In this document: positions 36,077 through 49,100 of the stretch, one piece after another
Layout of the letters: each line of letters begins with the position of its first letter
Position numbering within the stretch: position 1 is the stretch's first letter
NCBI GenBank assembly: GCA_964035545.1
Contig: OZ037767.1
Coordinates: 9,806,581-9,870,580 of the forward strand
Source: Bugula neritina
Taxonomy: Eukaryota > Animalia > Bryozoa
Length of the DNA stretch: 64,000 nt
Direction: 5' to 3'
Program-made: the position numbers and the translations under genes
Notes under the pieces: generated by a model
Databases searched by the model: none
What the model was told of the DNA's origin: nothing
The model's input: the letters and a program-made list of their open reading frames with translations, nothing else

Positions 36077-37905
36077 CTCATCTCATCTCATCTAATTAAT
36101 CTCACTCGGAGCGCTTTGGCTCCTTTATCGAGATGCAGTGGTGTATGAACAATTGTTTAGATTATCAGTAGTAAGGAAGAAAACTATTTTGTCTACGAGA
36201 TAAGAATATAGTTAATTATGCTTCGATTCAAAGCTTAATAGCTAGCTACTGCCAGGAGAGAAAGAAAAAAAGAAAGAGAAAAAAAAAAAAAAAAAGTAAA
36301 TAAATAAATAGATATACACCGCACAGCTTCAGATGATATAAAGCAGAGTCGGTGTTAAGTGCTTATAATCAGTTAGGCAAAGCAGCTAGAATCATTAGAA
36401 AAGTTTATGGATGCGATGTTTATATGAATGTTTGGCAGTTTTGGTATTGATATTGCCCTTAATAGCACCATGTCTGGTATTGTGAGACTCTGCAAAATGA
36501 AGGGAGAACCGGTCTTGGTCTATAGCGGCACTACCAGAAAGCATACGAAAGTACATTTTTTGGTCTGCATTGTCACGTCTTTGTGCAAGGCTATCCCAAT
36601 TAGAATTTGTCATGAGCTCAGTTATATGATTTCGTTTTCTCTTACAGAATGTCCACCTGAAGGCTTTTCTATTTATACCTTCTATGATGTTGATGTTTTT
36701 CAATTTAAATGGAGACCAGGTGTGGGTCGCAAATTCTAGTATAGGGCGACAGACTGTTTTATAAGCTATGGCTCTGGTTTTACTTTTAGCCTTTTTTAGA
36801 CAGCGCATCAGCATGTGTAATAATTTATTAGCTTTTGAGCAAATGTTTATTATATGTTGATCGAATGACAGTTTATTATCAATCGTGACACCAAGGTATA
36901 ATACTTTGTCAACACATTGTAAGGGGTCATTATTCATGCTGTATTGAGACACTAGAGGATTTACAGTGGAGCGTTGAATTGTCATATGCTCACATTTATT
37001 TATATTGAACTTCATCTGAGAACTGTCTGCCCAAGTTATAAGATGGTCTAAGTCATTCTGAAATAAACTAGAATCAGCAGGTGTTGTGATTGGTTTGTAC
37101 AACAAGGAATCATCTGCATATAGTTTAAGCTTGCTGTTGGCTACCGCAGAGTGCATGTCATTTATGTACACATTAAATAACAATGGTCCTAATACACTGC
37201 CTTGGGGCACTCCTGAGGTCACATGTCTAGTGGCCGATTTGACGTTGTTGACACAGACTGAAAGAAGACGGTTCTGAAGCCATGAAAAAATCCATTTGAC
37301 AGTTTTATCAGCTATTCCGATATTTAGCAGTTTAACCTGTAGTTTATGGTGCGACACAACATCAAAGGCCTTTGAAAAATCCAAGACAGCGAGATCAACC
37401 GGTATCATTTCGTCAAAAAAATCTATAAATTCACTCACTGTATTCAACAACTGAGTATCGCAGCCATGATTTGTCCTGAAACCATGTTGGTGTGGGTAAA
37501 ACAGGTCATTTGATTCGAGGAAACAGTTGATATTATGTGATACGATATGCTCAAAGATTTTGGATATGATAGAAGTGAGTGATATTGGCCTGTAATTCAG
37601 CGGGTCTGTACGACTTCCTTTCTTGAAGATCGGTACAATGTTTGCTGTTTTCCAGTCTTGTGGTGTCTGAGATGTATCGTAAAAGTACTGAAAAACTTTT
37701 GTCAGGGGCTCATATATATAATGTGCAAGATATTTTAGAAGTGCAGGAGAAAGCTCATCTGGGCCAGCACCTTTTCGTGGATCGAGTTTGGTGAGCTGTG
37801 TTAAGACTCCCCGAGGATCAAATTGTATAGGAGATGATATAGTTTGAGGTGGAATGCAGGGAGGGATATTACCATCATCAATAGAAAACACAGAAGCAAA
37901 GTTGT
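36077..37905 (-). mobile_element. 5'-truncated non-LTR retrotransposon (LINE, CR1/L2/Jockey group) with intact RT frame, 3' UTR and (AGATG)n tail
   Basis: RT ORF 37905-36395 is followed by a 3' UTR of about 300 bp ending in the hairpin ggagc-caaagc-gctcc and the tandem tail agatgagatgagatgag. No endonuclease domain or ORF1 upstream. Confidence 0.92.
36395..37905 (-). CDS. Non-LTR retrotransposon reverse transcriptase (ORF2 C-terminal part, 5'-truncated)
   Basis: About 500 open codons: FASVFS, KGAGPDEL, WKTANIVPIFKKG, NYRPISLTS, QHGFR, LDFSKAFD, GVPQGSVLGPLLF, YADD, YLGVTID. The ORF-track extension 37905-37984 is low-complexity flank. Confidence 0.9.
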
Positions 37906-38959
37906 TGGTTTTACTGTTCGTTTTACTAATAGCAACATTAATAGTAAAATCAATACTATTAGTATTATAGTAATACTGTAGCAACTAGTGACTAAACTTT
38001 CAATAAAACTAAAAGTAAAAGTAAATGTAGTACGGATACCTATACAGTTGCACTAATAGTAATACTAATACTTGTCTGAATTTAGGTTTAATTAACTTGT
38101 ACTCTTCACTTAGTCCTGACACTTACAGTTAGTGTTACTCTTACTCTTAGTGTTGCTCTTAACTTCAACTCTTTCAAAGTCTTGTTGTCACTTAACAAGC
38201 ATGTTAGTAGTACTGTACATTAAAATTTTACTTTTAGTCAGTAACGCCTACTGTCACTGATGAGACATGAACATGAGTAGCACTAGCATCAGCATGACAT
38301 TCACATTATGATTATGATTATCATAATCATTGTCATTATGATTATCATTATGATTATGATAATCATCATTTCATTGTGATTGTGGATAACATTAACATAA
38401 AAGTATAAAAACGCAAAATTATTATCATTGACTATAGTCTATAGGCAAAGTGATAAGCACATGTGATACGATTATCATTAATGGTTAATGATTATGGGAA
38501 CATTAAACTATTATAACACCTGAGTTTTAATTCAGTCATGGGGAATGCTTGCATAAATTTCATAAAATGAGGCACATGGGGGTATATGCAGCAGAGCCTA
38601 TCATGTGTTGTTAGATTTGACTACTGTACAGCCATTGGCTCGAATAATAAAGTTTAAAGCGGAAGCACTTTACATTAAGTTAAAATTTGGGTAGAAAGAA
38701 TATATTTAGGGAAATACCACTAAAAAGGTCAAAAGTATAGCGAGCAAAATGCTCATGCACTCGATAAAGGAATTTTTTTCCTCAGTCTTAATTAATAGAT
38801 CATCATTGAATTAACAGAGTGATAGCATGTTCTTATTGAATTTTATATAAATAGCTCAACCGGTTCATATAATTTATAAACAGTATTAGTAGAGCAACGT
38901 TGATTAAAGATATTTATAGTTAAACTTAAAGTTAATCTTAGACGGTTAAAGTTTAAACT

Positions 38960-39200
38960 AACTATTAGTATTACTATTAGACTAATTAGTATTACTATTA
39001 CTATTAGTATTAGTATTACTATTAGACATTAGTATTACTATTGGTATTAGTATTACTATCAAATAGTATAACTATAAGTATAATTATTACTCATACTTAG
39101 TCTTATAAGTTATAATATAGTTGTGCATTGCTAATATAGTAATAACTATAGTCTAACTCTATAAGTATAAGTATTAGTATTACATTTACTATATGATGGT
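38960..39200. repeat. Hexamer-periodic low-complexity tract (tattag/tattac)
   Basis: actattagtattactattagactaattagtattactattactattagtattag... Confidence 0.85.
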
Positions 39201-39773
39201 CATTATGATTATTGTTAATTCAATAATTGTAATCATAATATTTATAATGAGCATAAAGCCAAAGGTTATCACAATAACAGTCACAATGTAAATTTAATTG
39301 GCTAATAGTAATTGTGTAACTATGCACACACTTATTATACTGAAAAAAGTAGTCTAAATCTAAAAATAGAATCTAAGTCTGTTGTTCAGTTCAGAAATAT
39401 TCACTTAGAGTTAGAGTTTTGTGGTTATTTATATTGTCATTGTCTAAGATAGTTACACCATGTCATACTGATACTCTTTGGTATACTTTAACCAGATAAT
39501 GATGATTTTAAATTAACTAGCGTATATTTTACTATTTCAATTAGCCATAATGATTATTACAATGGGTAATGGCTTTTACTTAAATTATTATTATTATCAC
39601 ATTTACTGTATTGGTAATATAATTTAAAAAATAAGATTTTAATTTTTGAAATCATGAATCAACAGATAATGAAATTCAAATAATAGTAATTTGTATTAAA
39701 TTCTTAATATGTGAATATAGTTAAGATTATACTTGCAGGGATTTATTACTGCCACTTTGCAGGACAGATATAC

Positions 39774-40122
39774 TGTAATGGTTTTCAAGAATTATCCTCC
39801 CACTATTTTTACTTTTATTCGCATAAGTTTATTATTGGAGTGTCGAACGCCCGATTGTCCGACTGTTGGTCATTCGAAACTGCGACATTCCGAGCTTCGG
39901 CCGACGATCGGTCGAAGTTTCTAGAACAAGCTTTTGTGCTACTATATAAAAAGGCGAGCTCGCAGTTGTAATTCAGCATACAGCTGGAGCTCATAGAGGA
40001 TAGATCTAACTGTGCTTCAATAAGGACTACTACACTTACACTTATACCTGCTTTTTTCTCTCTTACAATACAGAGAGTTATGTTCTCTGCCTAATTTATT
40101 CTAACCCACAAAATTTACTACA
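39774..40122 (+). mobile_element. Solo LTR (349 bp) of an LTR retrotransposon
   Basis: TGTA...TACA termini flanked by an exact 4-bp direct repeat ATAC (39770-39773 and 40123-40126). CpG-rich U3-like part, TATATAAA at 39943-39950 and a poly(A)-signal-like AATAAG at about 40019. Confidence 0.85.
39914..39950 (+). promoter_or_regulatory. Consensus heat-shock element (GAAnnTTCnnGAA) plus TATA box within the solo LTR
   Basis: GAAgtTTCtaGAA at 39914-39926, TATATAAA 16 bp downstream, and an initiator-like TCAG about 30 bp after the TATA start. Confidence 0.65.
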
Positions 40123-40158
40123 ATACGATATGTGAAATATAAAATTTGTGTTTTGCAG

Positions 40159-43100
40159 ATGGTAAAAAAGTCCAATTCTAAGACTAGAAGCAACTCATCT
40201 GGTAGACGAAGTAGAAGTAGAACGAGAAAGACAAACAAATATTTGCTTGTAAGTAGAACTTACTATCTTTTTTGTTTTATACAGAAAATATTTGACATAT
40301 CATTTAAAAATTTGTTATATAATAATGTTCAATTTCAACATTTTCGAAACTTACATTCCAAATAAAGTTATTTGTATAGATTTTTATAAGCTCCACTTTA
40401 ATTTTTGCTTGTTTAATTCTTATCATACTCTTACATTAGCAACGTAAAACACGTTGAGTATATCTTAACTGGCTGAGAAACCTCTTTTTTACAAACAATT
40501 CATCTATTATATAGTATAACACAATTTGCTTTAAATCTTAATTAAAAACTTGATTTATGTTTAACGACAAACTGAAACTGGCTGATAATAAGTTTATATT
40601 ATAATAATATATAGGAAGTATGGCATAAGATTATATTTTGGTGCTCTAGCTATGTTTTTTGTGGTCATCCTTACCAGATTTTTTGCCTCCTATTCGTGGT
40701 TGCAGATAGGGCGAGAAAAGTCACTTTCACAAACACGGCTAATTAGTAAACAGGATACCAAATTGAATGGACATAATAGCTCTACAGCAACCCTCAAAGA
40801 GGCAACAACTCCAGTTAAAAAGCCATCAGCTCCTGAATTTGTGATTAAAATGGATTTAATATCAGTTGTGCTCTACGCTACTGCCTTAGTTCTAAGGATA
40901 AGGAACATACAATATCCGAAAGCCATTGTGTAGGTTCAATATTTATTTTTATCTTTGTAATCTTATGGATCTTCTCTCCTTGAAAACAAGCTTGCACTAA
41001 TTTAATTGTCATCGCTTTAATCTGTTCTAGAAATTTGTTCAAAGAATGTTTATTTACTAATTCATTTTTTCAACATTTTTTCAATCACTCAATACTAATT
41101 AAGATTCCTATGAGTAACCAATATATAAAATAGTTCTTGTTTTCTATTACATAACACTTGCACACAGTTTTTGTTGCATCGAGCCTTGAAATAAATACAA
41201 TATGGAGTTGTTGAAGGGTTGTGCAATGCCCTTTAGCCGGAAGTTATAATGTGGCATATATGCAATTTCTAGGTGTATAGTCTGAACACTAATCTGCAAA
41301 TATTGTGTTGAATTGCTCTCTTGCCCTGTGACTATCTATCTGTATGTTTGTAGCTGCATTATATATCTATATAGTAACCCTTTAAATTTATGATATCAAT
41401 TTCTATATAGTTTGTTGTCTATAGTTTTGCTATTAGTTGCTAATGTTGCTATATCTATAACATCACCATCTATCTATAATATTGCTATGTATCTATAAGT
41501 TTATTATCTGTATGTTATAGTTTCAATCTATTTATCAATAACATTGAATGGCAGAGACCGTTGAGATAAGATACTTGCATTCTGAAGACATCATCTGAAA
41601 AATTATTTCCAAAGTTTCTCACACCAACAGCGTAAAGACTTTCTGTGAATGGAATGAATATTATTTAATATATTGATAGATTATCTCCTTCCTGTACAGC
41701 ATTTCTGTATCCAGCATCTCAGCTAAATTTTTAGGCATACGCTTCAGCTAGTAGTTGAAGTAGACTTACCTAGTGGTATATTTTACCTGGCCTTTATTTG
41801 CTGTCATTACTTGCACAATGCTTTCTATTGCAACTATTATTTGTAGATTTGATGAACAAATTATGGGGTCACACATATCCAGTTATAACAGAAGAGAAAT
41901 GTATTTCAGTTTTGACCCACCTCTGGCTGTACAGTTCTATTATTTCATTGGTACGGATTCTTGTGTATTGTTGGCTGCTGTAGTAGTATTTTTATCACTC
42001 TTTTATAAGGCAGTTTAATGATGAAAAATTAGGCAATCTACAACAGTTAGTTGCTATGAAATTATTTTCAGTCAGGTTAAGTTTTTCCCATGACTATAAC
42101 TTCATTTTAAATTATATAAGAATATTTTTGGAAAGATGTCGTTTAAAATATTACATGTATATAGAAATATAGACAGCTTAGGCTTTGTTGCATTTACATA
42201 TTATTGGGAAAATTGTGGCACCAGTTAAGATCTCACTAACGGAACTGGTTAGCCTGAGGGGAATAGTCAACTCATAAACAGCGAGTCGGGCCTCAATGTT
42301 TTCTCACTGTTATGTTTTTTGACAAAAGAATAAAAAATTGTGCTTTCTGATTCAAGTTGAGCTAAGCATTTTTCTTAACTGTATTTAATTTTAAGTTGTG
42401 CAATGTTTTGTTGATTTAAACGAAAAAAGGTTTAGTTGACACAATGGTATTTTATCAAGCATATAGCTTGCTGACACAGGCAGCTATTAACTATTCAGCT
42501 TCTGTATATGTCTACAGTATACAGTACGTTTCATATAGCTCTTCCTCTTATGGTAGAACTAAACCATATTTTGGTCAAACTGAGATGTTTTTATATTGTC
42601 ATATCGTTTTCTTGTAAGATTTCTGCTCATTGCAATCAACATATTATTTTCTTATATCTTTCTAGCGAATTTGTGTGGCGATTGGAACAAAGATTTTGAA
42701 TTTACTGAAGTTGGCAAATGTAAGTTCTAATTTACTGCAGTGTAATATCAACATGTTTATTATCAACATGTGTACTATCAACATGTGTACTATTAACATG
42801 TGTACTATCAACATGTGTACTATTAACATGTGTACTAATAACCTTTGTATTATCAACATGTATACTAATAATGAAGGTATTACATCATCCAAACACTGAT
42901 ATGTCTATAAATTGTTCCACTTCCTTTATCTTGGAATTCCTTCTGTTGACAGCATACCCTACAGACATACCATACGTTTGCTTACGAGTGGTGACTGTGA
43001 TGCTAGACTCGCTACTTACCCCGCTGGTCTACCACATTCTAAAGACTTCTAAAGCTAATTCCGTCTCTGCCATTCTCCCTGCACTGTTAATAGCAACTGG

Positions 43101-46100
43101 TAAGATTGCATATTCTGGCGCATGGTAAAGTGTCTGGTTTAGTTTTGGTATTTAACAAGTTTATTTGTAGTGAATTATACACATCTTCAGGTGCACTGTC
43201 ATATTTTCTAAAAAGTTTTAAATTTATTGGAAATCAACCAAATTAGCTTTGAGCAAGTCAAGTGTAAGTTCACTTTAGGCCATTTTATAAGTCCATCATA
43301 CGTCAACTGTAGTGTTAAGTCAATTATGAGATCGATGTAAGTCAAGTATAGTTTTTAAAATTTTTATTTTTGATTGATTTCAACTTACGGGTGGTGTTGT
43401 AGATCCCGCCTTCATTGTACAGTCACGGATATATAGCGGTGATAGCCTCAGTATCCTACTGTCTCTGGTTGGGTTGTACTCAGCTATCAACTTCTATAGA
43501 CTCAACTCTCCCAACTGTGGTGCTACAAGATGGGTGCTAGCTCTCAGTATAACAACAGCTCTTAGTCTTAGGTACAAAAATTAGCTTGGCTTTATAAAAT
43601 CTTTGTTTTTTTTTATTGTTTTACCCTGATGTTATTGTTGTGGTGTTACCATTAATTGATCATTGTTTTGTTACTTGGCAATTTTTATATTATTGGAAAG
43701 CATAATTCTACCTTGTATAAAGATATAGTTATAGGAATAAAAAAATGTGTAAGTGTCCTATTGTGTATGTTTAAATGTACTTTTTGCAGCAAGTTCCCTC
43801 CTTGCTTTGGAGAATAAGTTTTACCATCTACAAAAACTTAATCAAGTTTTGTAAAAATGTGCAAAACTGCTGAATGGCAAAAGAGCTTTAATCATAATAT
43901 TACTATATCTATTTTTTGTTATTGTTACATAATTTTTTGTTTCTTTTTGAGAATCAAAGTCATTTTCTCAGTAATTTATTTTTGCTGTTTCGATTTTTAA
44001 TCTTATTCTGCCTACTATTTTGCTTATCATGGCTTGTGCCGCGATTTTATTACTGCATTTCAATCATTGCTACTGTTAGTTATATTTGCTGTTGTCGTAA
44101 CTATTGTGTGAGAGTACAAAAGCTTGTCTTCTTTTTTTTACAGTATGAAGTATTCAGCTGTCTTCACTACCTTGTTCTCCTTCTCTATTATTCTTTCTAA
44201 ATTTTGGCAAAACTTGGCGGATGCTAGTTATACTAGGGTGAGTAATTGGTAGCTTGACTAGTTTTAGTTATACTAGTCATAATATATTGTATTTCGAAGC
44301 ATATTGTGGTATGTAGTGTGTTCTATATTATAGTATAATATATGTCATAGTATTTGCATGTTGAAACATATTATTTCTAATGGAATATTTATTATAGTAT
44401 ATGGTATTGTATACCATATTATGATGTTATATAGTGTATGCCAGAGTATATTATATGTTGTAGTATAATGTATGTCGTAGTATACTATATGTCGTATTAC
44501 ACTAAATGTTTTAATGTATTATATCTCAGTATCTTAGATGTCACAGCATATTGTGTATCACAGTATCTTATATGTCAGCATGTTCTATATCATAGTATAT
44601 TATGTCATAGTACGCGCTATATCATAGTATATTATACGTCATAGTATGTTCTATATCATAGTAGATTACATATCACAGTATATTATATATAGTATACTAT
44701 ATATCACAGTATCTTAGATGTCACAGTATATTGTGTATCACAGTATATTATATCTCACAGTATAGCTGTGCTGTGAATTGTTATTGGAGTTGCATCCCTC
44801 TATTTCAGCTTATGCTATGGCGACAAGCCGCCCTTATTATTCTCTTGCCAACACTATTGCCACTTCTTGTATACGCTGGATGTTGGACTGTGCATGTGTC
44901 TACTCTTCACAATGCTGCCGCTATAAGCAGCAAGTCAACTCTCGGCACTCTTTCCTCCGCTGTTGAGGTGAGTCAGCATTGTTAGTGGTTCTACGTGTAG
45001 TAGTGGTTCTACGTGTAGTAGTGGTTCTACGTGTAGTAGTGGTTCTACGTGTAGTAGTGGTTCTACGTGTAGTAGTGGTTCTACGTGTAGTAGTGGTTCT
45101 ACGTGTAGTAGTGGTTCTACGTATAGTAGTGGTTCTACGTGTAGTAGTGGTCGTGCGCGGAAACTTGGAGTAGTTTTTCTTTGCTAAAGGAAAGTGGAAA
45201 GAATCATTTTATTTCTGTGTTATATTTAATCAATGTTTTCTCACTCAGAAGATATAACCTTGACCTATACTTGCAGCTCACAGAGTTGAACCTGGCACCA
45301 CGTCCCGTTACTAATGGCTCCCTTATCACATTGAAACACTTGCATGGCAGGTCCTGTTGGCTTCATTCGTATGACTTGATGTACCCTAAAAGGTTGGTAT
45401 TTCACGTAACGTTTACACCATCTATGTTGTGCTGTTTCCTCAACGCTGACTTGTTCCATTCTCTCGTAGGTATCCAGACGGCAGAGGCAGCAGTCACCAG
45501 CAGCAGGTTACCTGCTATCCATTTGTCGACCAGAACAACAGGTGGATCATTCTAAAGCACTTTCCGGGGGTGTCTGGTAAATGCCAGTTTAGTATTCTCT
45601 TTATAAATTAGTTTATAGTTAATTGTAATTATATTTGTTTAGGTTTGTTATATTTATTTTGGTTACCCTTTCGCAAGTTTTCTTAATCTTACAATGCTTT
45701 TACTTTCATGAAACTAGTATGAACAAGAGCTCACCCCATTGTTCATCCACCACTGGATGCATCATGTTGTTGATATTTCTGTGTCCACAATTTCTGGGAA
45801 AATCTGATTTCATACACTCTTTCATCTAACTTTAAACTAACACTTAATAATTCACCACAAAAACCTGTTGTCACCACAATAGGGTTTTAGTCAGTTATAC
45901 TATAAATATAATGGACATTGTACAGTAGGAATAACGGAGCCGATGGTAGAAGATAACTCCCATCTTTTCAAATATGTTATAAAAGGTCATAATGATTTTA
46001 CTTAAGTTAGGTGGCAGTAAAATATCTAGACAAATAGTTTCATAAGTTGATCAACTATAGTGTTATTAGCTGCAAATACAGCACAGGTGATACATTATAC

Positions 46101-49100
46101 AGATATATAGATGTGCAGTGCATTGTGTCCATTACTAGCCCCATATGCTTCTTATTTTTAGCAGCCCATCGAAGCTATTAAAAAACATGTCACTTTATTT
46201 TAAAATAGTTTATGCTGATTATCTGATTAATTTCAGTTTGTTATGTTGTTATTGTATCACCTCATTCTACAAGGGTAGGATAAGTTCACCATAAGTCAAG
46301 TTAGATACGTGTATATATTTATGTTCTGGTGTGTTTTAGGTGAAGATATAGCTGATAATCTTGCTATTAAACATGGAGACATTGTATCTCTACTCCATGA
46401 ACAAACTGGCCGTCTATTAAATAGGTGCATATAATATAATAATATATGTGTGTATGTGTGTGTAACATAGCACTTGATATATTATTTTTCATATAGTAGG
46501 CCTATATGTATGTATTGTGGTATATAATGTGTTTAATTTAATTGTAAATAAAAAATATGTGTGCTTTTGTTGGTGGAGTATAAAGTTTTGTGGTGATACC
46601 AGGTTTTATTAAATACTCAAATGTATTTTTGTTATCAGCATACACAATGTTGATGCTTGTGCCATATCATGGTGGTTATACATTGTATTGGTGATAATGA
46701 ACACGTCATGCAGACTAGGTGTTCTAGAAACTTCCTCATTACCAAATGTTGACATATTGTAGCCACCTGGTGGCAGCTCCAATGACCTCAACTAAACAGG
46801 AAGTGTCGTGTTACGTGAACCACAATGTGTCGATGGACATTCAGCCGGGTTGGATGATAGTAAGTAATACCCTCTCCTCCAACTCTAACACGTGTACCAA
46901 GTATATACTCTAACACATGTACTTAGTATACGCTGTCTAACATATGTACTTAGTATACACTGTCTAGCACATGTACCTAGTATACACTGTCTAACACATG
47001 TACTTAGTATATACTGTCTAACACATATCTCATATATACTGTCTAACACATGTACTTAGTATACACTGTTTAGATGAGATATTGCTCTGTTATTAGGATA
47101 TTGATGATAGGAGTGAGGATACAGATAGTTGGCTTAGCGGAGTGTCAGAAATCAAACTTATACATGTCAATACTTCAGCAGCTCTCTCAGTACGTAGAAA
47201 CCCAGTCTCTACGTGTAAGAATAGTGGAAGGGTCTTAAATTTGCGGGAAGTTTTTTTCAATCTCGAGGACATCTGTACATGATTTGTTCGAGTTAAACTG
47301 TTTGCACTGACTGTTATTTATAGTTATTCCCTGAATGTTACGTAACAAGCTGAACCTATTGCCTCTGATGGTCATAATTATCATTCCAAAGTTTTATTGT
47401 TCATTTCAATTACATCATAAGTTATTTTATAACAAAAGATTATCAAAATTATTTCATAATAAGTTGTTCCATATCAGAAGACGATGTGTGATCATTGATA
47501 ATTTCGTGGGTTTATAGTTGCCATCTTTGTGAGAACCGCTGATGGGACAGGTTTTTAAGCAGGCTAAGGACTTCTTTTCTATGTTGTGGCAAAGGAGCAA
47601 TTATGACTGAATCCCCCTTCCTAACATCACCAATGGCCTTTACTGGGTCACGAACCACTGACCTTGTGTTTACTAAGTCTAACCTTTAGGTCATGGCCTC
47701 TCTTGCTAATAGATAATAATATAATTATATTTGTATTAAAATATGTCATGTGATTGCTTATACATCAAGTTCATACTATTGAAATATATTTGCAAAGTCT
47801 TCCAACTTTTACAGACTACAAGTAAGCAACTTCCTGGTTATAGAGCTGGCCAGTATGAACTCATTGCAGACTCTTTCATGTTTCATGAAAATACTTTATG
47901 GGTGGCTGATGAGGTGCTCCCACCTTCCCGAGCTCATTATAGTCAGATCTCAGGCTTGTCTAACATTACATTGTTGTATTGTCTTGAGAAGATATACATA
48001 CTACATGTAAGATGTGACGGCTATTTAAATGTTTCCATTGCAACAAGTCGATTAATATTTATTATTTCTTTATATTATAATAGTCTTTTTTACAATAAAA
48101 TGGTTCAAATTTGGTTTAAATTGAACCTTTTCAGTAGATTTTCATTCCAACTTTTGTAACATAATTCTATAGCTAAAAGCGTTTAACTTTTGGTTATACT
48201 TTATCTTATGTGGTTGACAGTTGATTGAATTTGAAGATGACTGACGAAGAGTTATTCTCACAGATTTCTGTTGTAGAAAAGGATATTTGTCAGTGTATAC
48301 GATTACAGTGAAGATCATGATTATAGCAGCTCTCCTTTGCACTGGGTTACTGGTCATTCCACTCTACTGTATTGGATGCATCCAGTAGATAATGTAAGTG
48401 CATCGTATGTACAAAGCAATATATTTGTATTTTCTTTTTTATATTGCAAATTTGTGCAGTTAAATAATATTCAAGTTTCATAATTTTTAAAATATTCATG
48501 TGTAGAACGTGACAGTTGTGTGGGTCTATGTAATGAAATTACACAACAAATGTTACAATAAGAAACATGGTTAAATGAAATAAAAAAACCTAACTGGCAT
48601 TCATAAATTAACTTACCTAGTCTTTCTCACCATTTCTCACCATTTCTCATCGTATCTGTTTTAGTTCTTGTGGGTAACAGGGAAATTAATTGACCAATAT
48701 GGAAGTGAAGTATAGTAAGATTGTGTTTACCTGCTCATGCTATTCCTTTGTAGGCTCAGATTTATATGCTACCCAATGTACTCGTCTGGAACATATCTGC
48801 ATTCTCTTTGCTGGCCCTCCTAGCTGTACAGATTGTATCTAATATCAGAGTTCGTAGAGGGATAACTCCCTGTCATCTGTCAGATAAAACTGCAGGCAAG
48901 TAGCCTCTTCTAATTGCATTGAATACTCATTACAGACAGTGCAAGCTCTTTATTTAACATGACAAGAACAATCAAGGCTGTAAATGTTCTACTTGGAGAT
49001 GCATGTGGGAAGAAAGTTAGTTAAATGATAGCCACGTTTCTTTTAATTTATAGCCTTAGAAAAGCACGTGGCAGTTGGCGTTGGAGGCTACAGTTTGAAT

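Noticed and set aside
36428-37277. Plus-strand ORFs of 103 and 63 aa inside the LINE
   Set aside because: Antisense shadows of the RT frame with no recognisable motifs.
37905-37984. N-terminal part of the 529-aa ORF (MLQYYYNTNSIDF...)
   Set aside because: Low-complexity flank that happens to be open. RT-like similarity starts at about NFASVFS, so the element is 5'-truncated and not autonomous.
44979-45173. VVVVLR-repeat ORF, and similar INMCT (42675-42899) and HQHYHQTS (50310-50501) ORFs
   Set aside because: Translations of intronic or UTR minisatellites.
46639-46762. Alternative upstream acceptor for POMT1 exon 12
   Set aside because: The acceptor at 46763 gives the conserved NSHxVAAP MIR motif directly. 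The upstream one adds unrelated sequence.
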